DNA of 62,958 nucleotides, counting the filler, from Lenisia limosa (Eukaryota; Protista; Breviatea), in assembly GCA_001655205.1 (NCBI GenBank). It is 6 parts of 6 records of this genome, joined end to end, with 100 filler letters (N's around TTAATTAATTAA, not from the genome) between each part and the next. Parts side by side here need not be neighbours in the genome. Positions count along the whole stretch, not along the records: positions 61,295 to 62,958 come from LPNZ01005652.1; 5 more parts are not named here. One strand, given 5' to 3'. The position numbers and the translations under genes are program-made. Below, piece by piece: positions 61,717 through 62,958 of the stretch. Each line of letters begins with the position of its first letter. Position 1 is the stretch's first letter. Below the pieces are notes generated by a model, which was given only the letters and a program-made list of their open reading frames with translations, searched no databases and had not been told where the DNA came from.

Positions 61717-62720
61717 NTGAAACCCGTCGCAATCAGGTCCTGGATAATGATGCAGGGGGTGGGGCAAAATTGGAAAATTTATGAAACAAAGAAAAGCCCA
61801 AATCAACACTGTTGGCTGACAACACACGAGGGTTAGGGGCGAAGTACTTATTCGGAAATTATGACAAGGCTCTGGGTATTGAAGAACGACTCTGTGCAAT
61901 TCATTTTTTGAAAAAATTGATTGACAAAATTAGAAATTAAAGTGTCTGAAATGGAGTTCCCATGACAATAGGTCTCGTCAAATTGTGCAATTAAGAATTA
62001 ATTGCATGGAGCCCTCAAAATACCCAAAATGGAGAACCGAGCATTTGAACGAGAACTCCCCTTAAGCCCAATATTTCAATTCAAACGCCCCCAACGCAGT
62101 AAAGAGGGTGGGTGTTGCAGACGACAATGTGGACCCTTTGGTGGTAGTTCATGGGATATGTCGGCTCAAACTCAAGTTGGATGGAGACCTAGAGGGTGGT
62201 GACTGGATGGAAAATGAACAATTTATGAACACAAAACCAGAATCAACTCTGTTGGCTACACATTTGAGAAGCACAGAAGAAAAATGTGAAAATGCCTAGA
62301 TGACCAGAAGCTCCCTACTGACCGTCGAGTTGGCTTTAATTACTGCCGACATGGGGTCTCGTGAGTGCTTAGACAGGAACTTGAAGGGCCCTAAACAGAC
62401 GTAAGATGGATCCGTCTCTGAGCATTAAGTTACTTATGGTGATTTGTTTATGGTATCCTTATATATTTCCCTAGATTGATTGATTTACTTTATATTTGTT
62501 TGCCCCCAAAAAAGTCACATATCTCAACCCCATGCGATTAATTATGATGAAGAATCGATTGACAAAACGAAAAAAAAAGTGGCTGAACTTGCATTCAGGT
62601 TATATATCGATTGTGGAAATTTTGAAATTTATTCGCACATTTCTAATTAAGTCGCACAGGTTCCTAATCCCCCCCATCGGGCTCACCATCAGGCTCAGCC
62701 AGGAGCTGGAAGGGCACGGG
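61717..62720 (+). CDS. Multi-exon hypothetical protein fragment
   Basis: Candidate exons DDNVDPLVVVHGICRLKLKLDGDLE (~62120-62195) and DDQKLPTDRRVGFNYCRHGVS (~62300-62360). Confidence 0.3.
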
Positions 62721-62958
62721 TACGGGTGAGTCGTTGATCAGAGTTAAGGCCTTGAACATCTGGACGGTTATTTGTTTCCCTAGATTTCTGACGTATTATT
62801 TCGCTTGTTCAAAAAAAATAAATAATAATAGTCAAGACAATGCAAAACCCCCATTAAATCTGGATAATAACCAAGTTGCTACCTTCTTCACACTTCTTTC
62901 CTTCACCCCCCCCACCTTTTTGCCCAGAGCCACCGAGCCAAAGTTAATAGTGCTTGCC

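Noticed and set aside
1-62958. rRNA, tRNA, CRISPR arrays, operons or transposase/reverse transcriptase ORFs
   Set aside because: None recognised by eye. tRNAscan-SE, Infernal and a TE protein search would be needed to exclude them formally.

Overview
Intron-rich nuclear DNA from a microbial eukaryote; the species cannot be determined from the sequence alone. Introns are short GT-AG type, the standard genetic code appears to apply, and the assembly is a draft with many N gaps. Five artificial 100-nt spacers (N44-TTAATTAATTAA-N44) join separate contigs, so gene order across them is unreliable. The six-frame ORF track is mostly fragments or shadows. Manual splicing gives about 17 genes: a Dispatched-like RND protein, a partial CCX/NCLX-type exchanger, a Diaphanous-type formin (N-terminal half plus FH1), CstF-77, a CoA-disulfide/persulfide reductase-rhodanese fusion, delta-COP, BUD22/SRFBP1, a sphingomyelin-synthase-family enzyme, an FGGY kinase, a WD40 protein and several hypothetical or coiled-coil genes. 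A ~95-bp MITE-like element recurs in introns. The main candidate for a new system is the prokaryote-type CoADR-rhodanese (Npsr-like) gene. It has about 22 introns, a 9-nt microexon in its catalytic motif and a mitochondrial-type presequence, suggesting NADH-driven persulfide/sulfur reduction inside a mitochondrion or related organelle. Also notable are a delta-COP lacking its mu-homology domain and a formin FH1 built from one-tract-per-exon modules. All exon boundaries were read by eye and are unconfirmed without RNA-seq.
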